From Patescibacteria group bacterium (GTDB lineage Bacteria > Patescibacteriota > Patescibacteriia > Patescibacteriales > UBA12465), in contig JBAZJK010000001.1 of NCBI GenBank assembly GCA_041651355.1, forward strand, positions 293,883 to 357,882: DNA of 64,000 nucleotides, written 5' to 3'. The position numbers and the translations under genes were made by a program. The notes beneath the pieces were generated by a model, which searched no databases, had not been told where the DNA came from, and was given only the letters and a program-made list of their open reading frames with translations. Shown here piece after piece: positions 48,045 through 56,565 of the stretch. Each line of letters opens with the position of its first letter. The first letter of the stretch is position 1.

Positions 48045-48334
48045 AAAGAAAAAACCGGAAAAAGTTCTTTTGTGGGCCCGCTTTCTTTAAAAACCTAGCG
48101 GGTGCAAAATATTTTTTCCGGCTTTCTGAGCCTGACCATCATTTTTTAAGATCACCTGCCGCGCTAGCGATTTAAGCGGTTTTACCAGGGAAAACCAATC
48201 GTCTTAGGGGAAAAGGACTAATTTCTTCTTTTATGGAAGAGGCTCATTTTCCGGTTTGTCTAGATGACGAAATAACCGGGTTTGTGAAGAGCAAGATGTC
48301 AATTGCCTCATCAGGACTAAACCTTCACGAAGCT
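48045..48334 (-). ncRNA. Candidate ~290-nt structured non-coding transcript (unclassified)
   Basis: Minus-strand promoter TTGACA-17-TAAGAT (48369-48341). No ORF of 60 aa or more on either strand. At least six local stem-loops. Ends in a compound hairpin CCGGAAAAA...TTTTTCCGG plus a T6 run (48045-48121). Confidence 0.35.
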
Positions 48335-48373
48335 ATTTAAATCTTATCTTCCTTATAAAAATTTGTCAATCAT

Positions 48374-48712
48374 ATGCCAGATAAAAGTTTAGTAACTCCC
48401 TTTGCCCATCAGGTCTATAGCGCTTGCCGTAAGGTGCCCAAGGGCCGGGTTGTGACCTATAAAGGTTTGGCTATCCTTTTGGGCAAGCCCGGGGCTAGTC
48501 GAGCGGTCGGCAATGCTTTGCATCGGAATCCTTATGCGCCCGAGGTTCCTTGCCATCGAGTAATCAGAAGTAATGGCCAGGTTGGCGGCTTTGCTGGAGG
48601 AAAGGCGCGGAAGCTTAGGCTGTTAAGGGAAGAGGGGATTGTTATTAAAGATGGCCGGATAGATCTGAAGAAGTATCTGTATAATTTCAAGCCGACAAAA
48701 AATCTCCCGTAA
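48374..48712 (+). CDS. ogt: Methylated-DNA-protein-cysteine methyltransferase (C-terminal domain only)
   Basis: 112 aa. Active-site PCHRVI. NPYAPEVPCHRV context. Confidence 0.85.
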   Translation: MPDKSLVTPFAHQVYSACRKVPKGRVVTYKGLAILLGKPGASRAVGNALHRNPYAPEVPCHRVIRSNGQVGGFAGGKARKLRLLREEGIVIKDGRIDLKKYLYNFKPTKNLP

Positions 48713-48825
48713 GGGGAGATTCTTGTAACTTCGCCAAGCGGCTTTTTGATTGAACTTTGACTATTATATCTTAGCAAATAATATGATAATAGTCAATCTG
48801 TATTATATAAATTAAAGCGCGCGTG

Positions 48826-48892
48826 TGGACCCGCGGGGAGTTGAACCCCGGAGTTGGAATGTCAAAGTCCAATTTGCCACCTGGCCGGGCCC
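48826..48892 (-). ncRNA. Aberrant tRNA-like gene (67 nt, G3:U70, reduced D arm, 9-nt anticodon-position loop)
   Basis: Hand fold. Acceptor GGGCCCG/CGGGTCC, extendable to 9 bp. GCC-AGGT-GGC mini D arm. TTGGA-CTTTGACAT-TCCAA. 3-nt variable region. T arm CGGGG-TTCAACT-CCCCG. Discriminator A. Extended -10 TGTTAAAAT lies just upstream. Confidence 0.45.
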
Positions 48893-48964
48893 ACGCTAAA
48901 TTATTTTAACATAAGCCACTTAACCGGGGATTAAACGAAGGCTAAAATAAACATAAGAATACCT

Positions 48965-50140
48965 ATGCCAAAAGGCAACAATCATTCTAACTTATTAAAG
49001 TCTCAATTAAAGACGATTCCTCTGAAACCGGGTGTCTATTTTTGGCTGGACAAGAAGGGGCGAGTCCTCTATGTCGGCCGAGCTACTAAGCTGCGGCAGA
49101 GGCTAAGCCAATATTTTTCAAACAGAGTTGAGGCGCGGATTCAGGAGATGGTGGCCCAGGCGGTTAAGATAAGATATGAAGTGACTGAGAATGTTCTAGA
49201 AGCGATTATTTTAGAGGCTAAGAATATCAAGAAGTATTGGCCGAAGTATAATGTGGTTGACCGCGATGACCGTTCTTTTATTTATATCGTTATCCCGAAG
49301 GATGACTATCCTCGTCCCTTAATCGTCCGCGGACGGGATTTGCGTAAATTTTCCTTGACCAGCGCTAAGGTTTTCGGACCCTACCAATCTTTCCATTTAG
49401 TGCAGAGCGCTCTCCGCTTAATCCGCCGCGTTTTCCCTTATAGCACTTGCCGCCCACTGAGCGGTCGTGCTTGCTTTGATTATCAGATCGGCCTCTGCCC
49501 AGGCGCCTGCCTAGGTACGATTAGCTCGCCTGCCTACCGCAAGAATATTAGGAATCTCGAGTTATTTTTAGCTGGTGATAAAAAAACTTTAGTTAAGAGA
49601 CTAATGAAAGACAATCCTGATAAACTCCGGGCCCTTCAGCATATTCAGGACGTCTCTTTGCTGGGTCGGGAGGAGAATCTGGAAGAAGCTAAGTTAAGCC
49701 GGATCGAAGGCTATGATATCAGCCACCATGCCGGTCGCGAAACCTACGCCTCCTTAGTGGTCTTTGAAAATGGCCAGGCTAATCCCAATGAATACCGTTT
49801 GTTTAAAATCAAGAAAGCGGCCGCTGGTGATGATGAGCGGGCCCTCTTGGAAGCCCTAGAGAGGCGTTTTAACCATCCGGGGTGGCCTTCACCGGATATG
49901 ATAATGATTGATGGCGGTAGTCCTCAGATCAGTTTCCTTTCCAGGCACTTAGCTAAATATAATCTTAAAGCGCCTTTGGTTGGTATTTCTAAATTCGGTG
50001 GTGATCGCTTGGTCTTTGCGACCGGGACTAAACAGAGCGTTAAGGAGTTAGCGACCAACCTGAAGCCGACGCTGTTAAAACTCCGCGAAGAGGCTCATCG
50101 TTTTGCTAATTACGGCCGGACCAGGCGGAAGCTTCGTTAA
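48965..50140 (+). CDS. uvrC: Excinuclease ABC subunit C, shortened form
   Basis: 391 aa. GIY-YIG (GVYFWLDKKGRVLYVGRA). Four-Cys region. RNase H-like endonuclease motif IEGYDISH. No (HhH)2 tail and no full UVR domain recognisable (E. coli UvrC is 610 aa). Confidence 0.85.
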   Translation: MPKGNNHSNLLKSQLKTIPLKPGVYFWLDKKGRVLYVGRATKLRQRLSQYFSNRVEARIQEMVAQAVKIRYEVTENVLEAIILEAKNIKKYWPKYNVVDRDDRSFIYIVIPKDDYPRPLIVRGRDLRKFSLTSAKVFGPYQSFHLVQSALRLIRRVFPYSTCRPLSGRACFDYQIGLCPGACLGTISSPAYRKNIRNLELFLAGDKKTLVKRLMKDNPDKLRALQHIQDVSLLGREENLEEAKLSRIEGYDISHHAGRETYASLVVFENGQANPNEYRLFKIKKAAAGDDERALLEALERRFNHPGWPSPDMIMIDGGSPQISFLSRHLAKYNLKAPLVGISKFGGDRLVFATGTKQSVKELATNLKPTLLKLREEAHRFANYGRTRRKLR

Positions 50141-50142
50141 TT

Positions 50143-50170
50143 AAAAAACCCTCATTTTTTAGAGGGTTTA
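50143..50170. terminator. Bidirectional terminator
   Basis: AACCCTC / GAGGGTT stem, flanked by an A run and a T run. Confidence 0.6.
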
Positions 50171-50641
50171 AAGCAGTCGAGGCATAATGTCTGGACCAAT
50201 ACGTGATTCCTTAGTCTTGATGATTATGAAATCTGGAGATAAACCAGCTTCTTGGAAGGCTTTGGCTTCAGTCAGGGTCAGACAAACAGCGATGAAATTA
50301 AATCCCAGCTCTTTAGCGGCTTGGTAATCAGCTAGATTAGAGCTGAGTAAGACGACTTTCCCTGGGAAATAAGCTTGCTGGTCGATTAAGGCAATTTTTT
50401 GCAAGTGGGTGGCAAATTCTCCCAAAGCTTCACTTGCCTCCTTTTTTTCTTTAAGCCAGAAGAATAGATTGAGGTTAAGACGTAGCTTATGGGCCTTGCT
50501 TTCTATCTGGCCAGTCTGGCCATAGAGTCCGATGACATAGCCCGCCTGGCGCAATTGGAAGAAATCCGAATCGCTCAGCGGCTGATAGGCCGAATTTTGG
50601 AAAAGTCGGCTATCCACGGAAAAGATTAGGATTCTGTCCAT
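50168..50641 (-). CDS. Hypothetical protein (possibly HAD-like fold)
   Basis: 157-aa ORF. Only weak resemblance to HAD hydrolases. Confidence 0.5.
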   Translation of the reverse strand: MDRILIFSVDSRLFQNSAYQPLSDSDFFQLRQAGYVIGLYGQTGQIESKAHKLRLNLNLFFWLKEKKEASEALGEFATHLQKIALIDQQAYFPGKVVLLSSNLADYQAAKELGFNFIAVCLTLTEAKAFQEAGLSPDFIIIKTKESRIGPDIMPRLL

Positions 50642-50707
50642 TTTTAAGGTTTTTTTGAAAGAAAGTTTATTAGAATATTATTAAAATCATAGCAAAAATC
50701 GGAGGTA

Positions 50708-50735
50708 TTGACAATATTTTAGGAAATGATAAGAT
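50708..50735 (+). promoter_or_regulatory. Promoter of the rplJ-rplL operon
   Basis: TTGACA, 16-nt spacer, TAAGAT. Confidence 0.55.
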
Positions 50736-50753
50736 ATAGGCAATCAAATACTA

Positions 50754-50851
50754 CCACAGACAGCCAGCTTTCCAGGTTTCCTGGATATAAGACTTGCCGA
50801 GGTAAAACCTTTCTAGGCTTTTATTGTCGTCTGTGGAAACACAGATTTTTT
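50754..50851 (+). promoter_or_regulatory. Ribosomal protein L10 leader (attenuator type)
   Basis: CCACAGAC (50754-50761) can pair with GTCTGTGG (50829-50836). That segment alternatively forms the terminator TCTGTG-GAAA-CACAGA plus T6 (50830-50851). Position upstream of rplJ matches the known L10-leader arrangement. Confidence 0.6.
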
Positions 50852-50874
50852 ATTTATAATCAATTCAAAATAAT

Positions 50875-51402
50875 ATGCCTAAATCAAAAATCCAAAAGCA
50901 AGAGATTTTACGGACTCTGGTTGAGAAGATCAAACAATCGAAGTCTATCGTTTTTACCAATTTTAACGCTCTAGGAGTGAAAGAAAATGAGGATCTCAGA
51001 GCTAAGCTCCGGGAAGAGAACGGCGAATATTATGTCGCCAAAAAAACCTTGATGGAATTAGCTTTCAAGGATCAGAAAGTCGAAGGTCTTAAGATCAGGG
51101 GCCTGGAAGGCAAGGTAGCGGCCATCTTCTCCTATGCTGATGAAGTGGCTCCAGCTAAAGTAGTTTTCAACTTCAAGAAAGATAAGGAAGGGAAGATAGT
51201 TTTCTTGGGTGGAGTCTTAAATGATAAATTTTTAAATCAGAATGAGGTCGAGGCTCTAGCTAAGCTTCCCAGCAAATTGGAATTACAAGCCAAACTTGTT
51301 GGTTCCTTGAATGCTCCGGTTAGTGGTTTCGTTAACGTTTTAGCCGGCAATCTAAGAAGCCTGGTAACCGTCTTAAAAGCGATCGAAGAGAAAAAAGCTT
51401 AA
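50875..51402 (+). CDS. rplJ: 50S ribosomal protein L10
   Basis: 175 aa, typical L10 sequence. Followed by rplL. Confidence 0.9.
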   Translation: MPKSKIQKQEILRTLVEKIKQSKSIVFTNFNALGVKENEDLRAKLREENGEYYVAKKTLMELAFKDQKVEGLKIRGLEGKVAAIFSYADEVAPAKVVFNFKKDKEGKIVFLGGVLNDKFLNQNEVEALAKLPSKLELQAKLVGSLNAPVSGFVNVLAGNLRSLVTVLKAIEEKKA

Positions 51403-51464
51403 TTATAAATATAATAATAAGATAGCGTTTAGCCTTATCAAAGACTGCTCGCATCAATAAAATT

Positions 51465-51869
51465 ATGTCAGAAGAAAAAAAACAAGTTGAAGTTCCAGCC
51501 AAATTCGAGAAGCTGGTTAAGGAAATCGAAACCATGAGCGTTTTGGATTTAGCGGAATTAGTTAAGATCTTAGAAGAAAAGTTTGGCGTCTCTGCCGCCG
51601 CTCCAGCCATGATGATGGCTGGTCCAGCTGGAGCTGCCGCTGAAGCTGCTCCAGAAAAAGACAGCTTTGACATCGAAATCACTGACGGCGGCGCTAATAA
51701 GATTGCTGTCATCAAGGTGGTTCGCGAATTGACTGAGATGGGCTTAAAGGAAGCCAAGGATCTCGTTGATGCCGCTCCGAAAATGGTAAAAGAAGGCGTC
51801 AAGAAAGAAGAAGCAGAGAAGATTAAAGCTAAATTAGAAGAAGCAGGCGCTAAGGTTACTTTGAAATAA
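51465..51869 (+). CDS. rplL: 50S ribosomal protein L7/L12
   Basis: Ala-rich hinge. C-terminal [12 protein letters not shown]...[10 protein letters not shown]...[15 protein letters not shown]. Confidence 0.95.
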   Translation: MSEEKKQVEVPAKFEKLVKEIETMSVLDLAELVKILEEKFGVSAAAPAMMMAGPAGAAAEAAPEKDSFDIEITDGGANKIAVIKVVRELTEMGLKEAKDLVDAAPKMVKEGVKKEEAEKIKAKLEEAGAKVTLK

Positions 51870-51892
51870 GCTTAAAAAGCTAAATAACAAGA

Positions 51893-51916
51893 AACCGTCT
51901 ATTAGGCGGTTTTTTG
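51893..51916 (+). terminator. Terminator after rplL
   Basis: AACCGTC-TATTA-GGCGGTT, then a T run. Confidence 0.7.
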
Positions 51917-52100
51917 TTATATTAGGTAAATATACTTTATTGACTCTTTTAAGTAATTATGTTAATATAAGTTATTATTGTCCTTTGACAATCAATGGAG
52001 CTTTTGCCGGCTCTTTAAACCTGCTGTTAAAACAGTTAGGAGGTCTATCTGTCCGATTGGCCTAAGGTAGCTATTTTGTCCCAATCAAATACCGTAAAAA

Positions 52101-53525
52101 ATGAAAAAGTTCATGAAAAGTCTTTGGGTCAGGATTTTCCAGACCTTGGTTTTTGTTTTGTCGTTCGGCTCTTTCTCCTTCAAGAAAAGAGGCCGGGTCC
52201 AGCGCTATCAATACTTAAGCACTCTGTGTTTGCTGCTTTGGGCGTTTATTGCCACGGTTGATGTTTATTTGGTAGTACGTTACTTCCAAGTCGGCAGCTA
52301 TCTGCCCGTATTAATCGCGGTCATTCCTAGCATAATCATATCTATGCTGATCGGGAAATTATTCGCTCGGCATTTAGAAAGTCTCGATGACAACTTTGGC
52401 ATGGAAGCCACCTTTATCATCGGGTTTTATTTGGTCTTTTATATCTTGATCGTGCTCTTCGGAGTTTACCTGCTCTTAGCTGAGCTAACTGGGTTTTTCC
52501 CTTGGTGCAGCTGGTTCTTTAGCAACTATTGGTTGGAGTCCTTGCTGATTATTCCCCTGTTTCTGATTTATCGTTCCCGCTTCTATCTGAGTGTCCTCTT
52601 GCGGCCGCTTGGGAGCTTAAAGCGGGTAGCCAGAATCATGGAAAAAATCGCTAAACAAGAAAATCAGCGTCGCCTGGATTTCTTTTACTGGCGACTGAGC
52701 AAAAGTCGTAATCTGCTGTTTATATCAATGGTTCTGTCTGATTTGATCCTAAACAAGTATCACGAGAAGCTGGGCCGCGACTATCGCCTTTTCAGGCGTT
52801 TTTCCGTCCTGCTTATAAATGCCGGACCGGATGAGCGCGACTCGATCAGACCTATCTTTATCACGACTGGCAGTTATAGCCAGACCACGGCTAAATTGCT
52901 GGCTTGTTTGCGCAATCTTATGAAAGAAGGCAGCGTTGAACGCAAGTTGGAAGTCCCAGCTATTTTGGAGATCGTGCTTAATTTCCTGGGTGCGCCGAAA
53001 GAAGCCAAAGATCATGATATGCTTAGAGGTTTTTTACCTTTCCGTGATTTCATAAACAGCCGGGTATTTGCTGAATACGTAGCCATCGAAGAATTCACCC
53101 AAAAAGAGGCGGCTAAATTAGCCCGGGAAAAACTGGCTAAACTTTTACGCGATATGAATAATGGGGATGTGGAGTCCTTCCTTTTCTTCTATAGCAAATA
53201 TGGCATTAATCTCTTAGGTATCCACCGGGAAGAGACTTATAATTTCTTCGAATGCGTGTTTTCGGATTTAAGCAATGAACCCACGACTCTGTTCCATTAT
53301 TCCCGGGAAAAGCGCCAAGCTTTCTGGGGTCCGAATCTCGATCTTTTTTTTATGGCCTGCCGGGAATTATATCGTTCTAGCCATGATGACGCATTGCTCG
53401 CTTGGATTAAAAGGGCCTGTAAAGCTCTCTTGACCCACATGGAATCATTTGCCGCTTCAGCCGTGAATCCGGCCAGCATCACCCGCTTATGTAAAAACAA
53501 AAGGGATGAGCTAAATTTCCTTTAG
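52101..53525 (+). CDS. Hypothetical membrane protein (N-terminal ~5 TM, C-terminal soluble helical domain)
   Basis: 474-aa ORF. Upstream promoter-like TTGACT-17-TAATAT at about 51946-51974. Confidence 0.6.
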   Translation: MKKFMKSLWVRIFQTLVFVLSFGSFSFKKRGRVQRYQYLSTLCLLLWAFIATVDVYLVVRYFQVGSYLPVLIAVIPSIIISMLIGKLFARHLESLDDNFGMEATFIIGFYLVFYILIVLFGVYLLLAELTGFFPWCSWFFSNYWLESLLIIPLFLIYRSRFYLSVLLRPLGSLKRVARIMEKIAKQENQRRLDFFYWRLSKSRNLLFISMVLSDLILNKYHEKLGRDYRLFRRFSVLLINAGPDERDSIRPIFITTGSYSQTTAKLLACLRNLMKEGSVERKLEVPAILEIVLNFLGAPKEAKDHDMLRGFLPFRDFINSRVFAEYVAIEEFTQKEAAKLAREKLAKLLRDMNNGDVESFLFFYSKYGINLLGIHREETYNFFECVFSDLSNEPTTLFHYSREKRQAFWGPNLDLFFMACRELYRSSHDDALLAWIKRACKALLTHMESFAASAVNPASITRLCKNKRDELNFL

Positions 53526-53553
53526 CCATCCTTAATCGTACTTTTTATAACAG

Positions 53554-53586
53554 AAAAGCTGCTTTCAAAAGAAGGCAGCTTTTTTC
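53554..53586. terminator. Bidirectional terminator
   Basis: AAAAGCTGC / GCAGCTTTT stem between convergent genes. Confidence 0.7.
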
Positions 53587-53596
53587 TTTGTCGTTG

Positions 53597-55879
53597 TTAG
53601 TAGTTAAGTTTAAGGGAATAGACGCTACTCCCATCTAGAATATAGGCTAGCTTTTCCGTTTCATTGATCTGGATATCTTTAAGTGAGTCAAAGGCTGAAA
53701 GGTCGAATTGGGCCAGGAAGGCACCGGCTTTAGGTCCGTCTTTCACGTCGTTCTTAGCGAAGACGGCTAAGCGTTTAGACGCCAGTTCGAAGACATAGAA
53801 ATATTTGCTGCCGCTGATCAATTTAGAAGCTTGGGTCAGCGGGGGAATGATGCTTGAGGTATTTAAGTCCTGTCTTTTACCGCGATAGAGCTTAGTAATA
53901 CTGCCGTCTTTTTTTAGGACATAGATTGTGCCGTCGATGGTGAAAGTAGTGCCATCTTTCAGATCAACTTGCTCTTTCAGCCAAGGAGTCGGACTAGAGA
54001 AGGTGTCGCCTTTCAGGTTTAGGCGATATATCTGGCTGCTATCAGCGCTGAGGATGTAAAGGCCGCTATTATAGAGGCGATAGTCGCTGAGAGCGCTGTT
54101 TAAGCCTTCGATCTTTAGGATCTGGCCTGTCTTGGTTTTCAGGTCGACTTTCATCAATTGCTTGTCGTCTAAATAATAAATATTGCCATCTGCTTCGCTC
54201 GGGTGGCTTAAGTTGGAACTGTTAGCTAAGCCGATAGTGGCCTGAGTCTTATTTTTCAAATCAAAACTATAAACGTTGTGGTTCTTATTGTCCGCCAGAT
54301 ATAATTGGCCATTTAAGAAAAAGAGATTGTCAATCGCCGCCTCCGGCTTGATATCGGAGGCTTTAAGGATTTCTTGGCCACGATCGGTTTTTGTCAGGTG
54401 TTGCACCCTCTCTGCTACAGCCGTGACTTTAGCTTCTAATAGTTTATATTTTTCTTTCTCTTTCTTGCTTTTCTGCGGGAAACTCTTGAGCAATTCTTGG
54501 AGGTTGATAAGCACCAGTTTAGCGCCTTCTTCGTTGTTATATAAGAGATATGAGTCAACCTGGCTCTGCTTGTCTTCGATCTGCGCTACCAAGTCGTCGA
54601 AGGCTTTCTGTTGCGCCTGGTAATGGTTATTAATCTTAGTGTAGGCCAGGCTGGCTATTAAGATGAGGATAAAGGCACCGAGGATGATCAAGAGGCCGCG
54701 CCGGTTCCGATTGAGCCCGCTAAAAGCATTTTTTATATTCTTTCCCAGTTGTTGGATGAAGCTCCCGGAAAATATCAGGACGAAATTTTGCAAGGCATTC
54801 TTGATCGGCGGCCAGATAGAAATGGTCTGGCGCCGGCCGAAGATTTTTTCTTTGATAATGAAGGATTCACGCGGCGCCGGGCTGTCTTTGGCTTTTAAAG
54901 GCAGGGCCGGCATCGGCGTTCTTTCTGATCGGACTTCTTGGCGGCTGATTTCCCGGCTTGACTGGGGTCGTTCAGGTTTTTTCGGCCAGAGATTCCGGAT
55001 GATCTTGCCTAAGCTGCGGCTGGTTTTCTTGAGATTGATGATCCCGGCCGGGCTTAGCATCTTTTCCGTCTTTTCTTCGGTATAGTTCAGACTGGATATG
55101 GAGGATTGGGCTGAGACGTTCTTTTCATAGATTTCGCTTTCCAAATCCTGGCCGAAGGAATTCTTGATGATGATGCCCAAGAAAGGGACATAGGAGTTGA
55201 TTTGGGCTAAAGTATTTTTGATCTGCTCCGCGGCTACAATCGGCGGTAGCTTAGTGACAATAGTCGTCAGTTCTTTAGGGGAGAGATATTCCGGTAAAGC
55301 TTCATTAGTGAAGACGAAATAGGAATTAGCGGGGATTTCGCCGCTCACGACCGAGGAAAAGAATTTGGGTTCATGGACTAGACCACCCGCCTTATTGGCT
55401 CCGTTTTCTTCTTCACTGCCGGATTCGACATTAGTGACAGCGAATCTGTCTTGGCGCGGATAGATCAGTAGGGACTTGTTTTTGCCTAGGTTGGAAAAGT
55501 ATAGCTTGTTTTCATAAACTACTCCGACCACTAGATTGGCTGAATATTGGGAGATTTTTATTTTCTCTTCGTTGATAAAATCGACCAGGCTCTTGTTAGT
55601 TTTAGTCAAGACCGATTCGAAGATGTTCTCGACTTTGATCGTTTCTACTTTTTGCCTCAAGAGGATCTTTTCGTCGCCATAATAATCAGCATTGATAGTA
55701 TTAACCAAAAAAGCCAGGATTTTCTCCGATTCTACCCGGCGACCTTTTATCTCCGCTAAGACGAAAAGACGACCAGCCAGGCTTTCTTTAAGGGCGTCCG
55801 GTTGAGCGATGAAGACGCGGTTAATCGTATTAGGAGTCTTGCCGGCGTTCAGGATGAGAGAGGCGATTTTATAATGCAT
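53597..55879 (-). CDS. Large bitopic envelope protein: N-terminal PP2C-like (degenerate) domain, TM, coiled coil, C-terminal beta-propeller-like repeats
   Basis: 760 aa. VVGVVYENKLYFSNLGKNKSLLI resembles the PP2C GDSR strand but lacks the Asp. TM segment LLIILGAFILILIASLAY. The C-terminal half has repeated Y-x-L/D strands. Confidence 0.6.
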   Translation of the reverse strand: MHYKIASLILNAGKTPNTINRVFIAQPDALKESLAGRLFVLAEIKGRRVESEKILAFLVNTINADYYGDEKILLRQKVETIKVENIFESVLTKTNKSLVDFINEEKIKISQYSANLVVGVVYENKLYFSNLGKNKSLLIYPRQDRFAVTNVESGSEEENGANKAGGLVHEPKFFSSVVSGEIPANSYFVFTNEALPEYLSPKELTTIVTKLPPIVAAEQIKNTLAQINSYVPFLGIIIKNSFGQDLESEIYEKNVSAQSSISSLNYTEEKTEKMLSPAGIINLKKTSRSLGKIIRNLWPKKPERPQSSREISRQEVRSERTPMPALPLKAKDSPAPRESFIIKEKIFGRRQTISIWPPIKNALQNFVLIFSGSFIQQLGKNIKNAFSGLNRNRRGLLIILGAFILILIASLAYTKINNHYQAQQKAFDDLVAQIEDKQSQVDSYLLYNNEEGAKLVLINLQELLKSFPQKSKKEKEKYKLLEAKVTAVAERVQHLTKTDRGQEILKASDIKPEAAIDNLFFLNGQLYLADNKNHNVYSFDLKNKTQATIGLANSSNLSHPSEADGNIYYLDDKQLMKVDLKTKTGQILKIEGLNSALSDYRLYNSGLYILSADSSQIYRLNLKGDTFSSPTPWLKEQVDLKDGTTFTIDGTIYVLKKDGSITKLYRGKRQDLNTSSIIPPLTQASKLISGSKYFYVFELASKRLAVFAKNDVKDGPKAGAFLAQFDLSAFDSLKDIQINETEKLAYILDGSSVYSLKLNY

Positions 55880-55958
55880 AAATAAACAATAGCCAAGCTA
55901 TTTATTGGTTTGACTGATTAACGCCTATATTATACTATAAAGACATAAATAAATAAAT

Positions 55959-56564
55959 ATGTTGAATAAGTTATTCGGTTCAGAATTAAGAGCGCGCGTT
56001 TTAGAAAAGATCCTAGCGGCGCCCGAAAAAAAATATTATCTACGTGCCTTAAGCCGGGAGCTGAAAGTGACGCCGGCCGCCCTGCAAAAAGAATTAGATA
56101 ATTTAGAAAAATTAGGTTTGGTCGCATCCGGCCTAGATACGGAAATATCTGACCCGAAGAACAAGGAAAAGAAGTTTTTCATCCTAAAGCGAAATTTTCT
56201 ATTATTCGATGAGCTTCAAGCCCTTTTCGCTAAGGCGCAATTATTCTTTGTCCAAGAGTTCCTGGGCCGCTTAGAGAAGCTGACTAACTTGAAGTATTTT
56301 GTCTTGACCGGCCGTTTTAGCGGTAATCCATTATCTAAAACCGACTTACTGATCGTGAGCCGTATCAAGCATGATAAGTTCTTGCCGATTTTAAATGACT
56401 TAGAGAAGAAAATCGGACAGGAAGTTAATTTCACCTTGATGGACGAAACTGAATTCTATTATCGCCGCGATATCATGGATATTTTTCTCTATTCAATACT
56501 AAATAACCGCAAGATCGTAATGGTGGACAACCTGGAGCCGCGTAAGGGGATAATTAAGGGCTAA
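55959..56564 (+). CDS. Winged-helix transcriptional regulator-like protein
   Basis: N-terminal RARVLEKIL...YLRALSRELKVTPAALQKELDNLEKLGLV HTH. 201 aa. Confidence 0.6.
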   Translation: MLNKLFGSELRARVLEKILAAPEKKYYLRALSRELKVTPAALQKELDNLEKLGLVASGLDTEISDPKNKEKKFFILKRNFLLFDELQALFAKAQLFFVQEFLGRLEKLTNLKYFVLTGRFSGNPLSKTDLLIVSRIKHDKFLPILNDLEKKIGQEVNFTLMDETEFYYRRDIMDIFLYSILNNRKIVMVDNLEPRKGIIKG

Positions 56565-56565
56565 T

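Noticed and set aside
48272-48285. ACAAACCCGGTTAT (minus strand) resembling the RNase P RNA ACAGAACCCGGCUUA element
   Set aside because: No GAGGAAAGUCC (CR-I) or other RNase P conserved regions are nearby. The motif also sits near the 5' rather than the 3' end of the putative transcript.
48306-48315. CUGAUGAG (hammerhead-core-like) on the minus strand within the ncRNA candidate
   Set aside because: The following helix (GCAA...TTGC) is not followed by the required GAAA core, and no suitable cleavage-site helix was found.
50726-50974. 82-aa ORF upstream of and overlapping rplJ
   Set aside because: It covers the L10 leader/attenuator and the rplJ start in another frame. It has no SD and an implausible sequence.
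51332-51802. 156-aa antisense ORF across rplL
   Set aside because: It is the antisense shadow of the Ala-rich L7/L12 gene.
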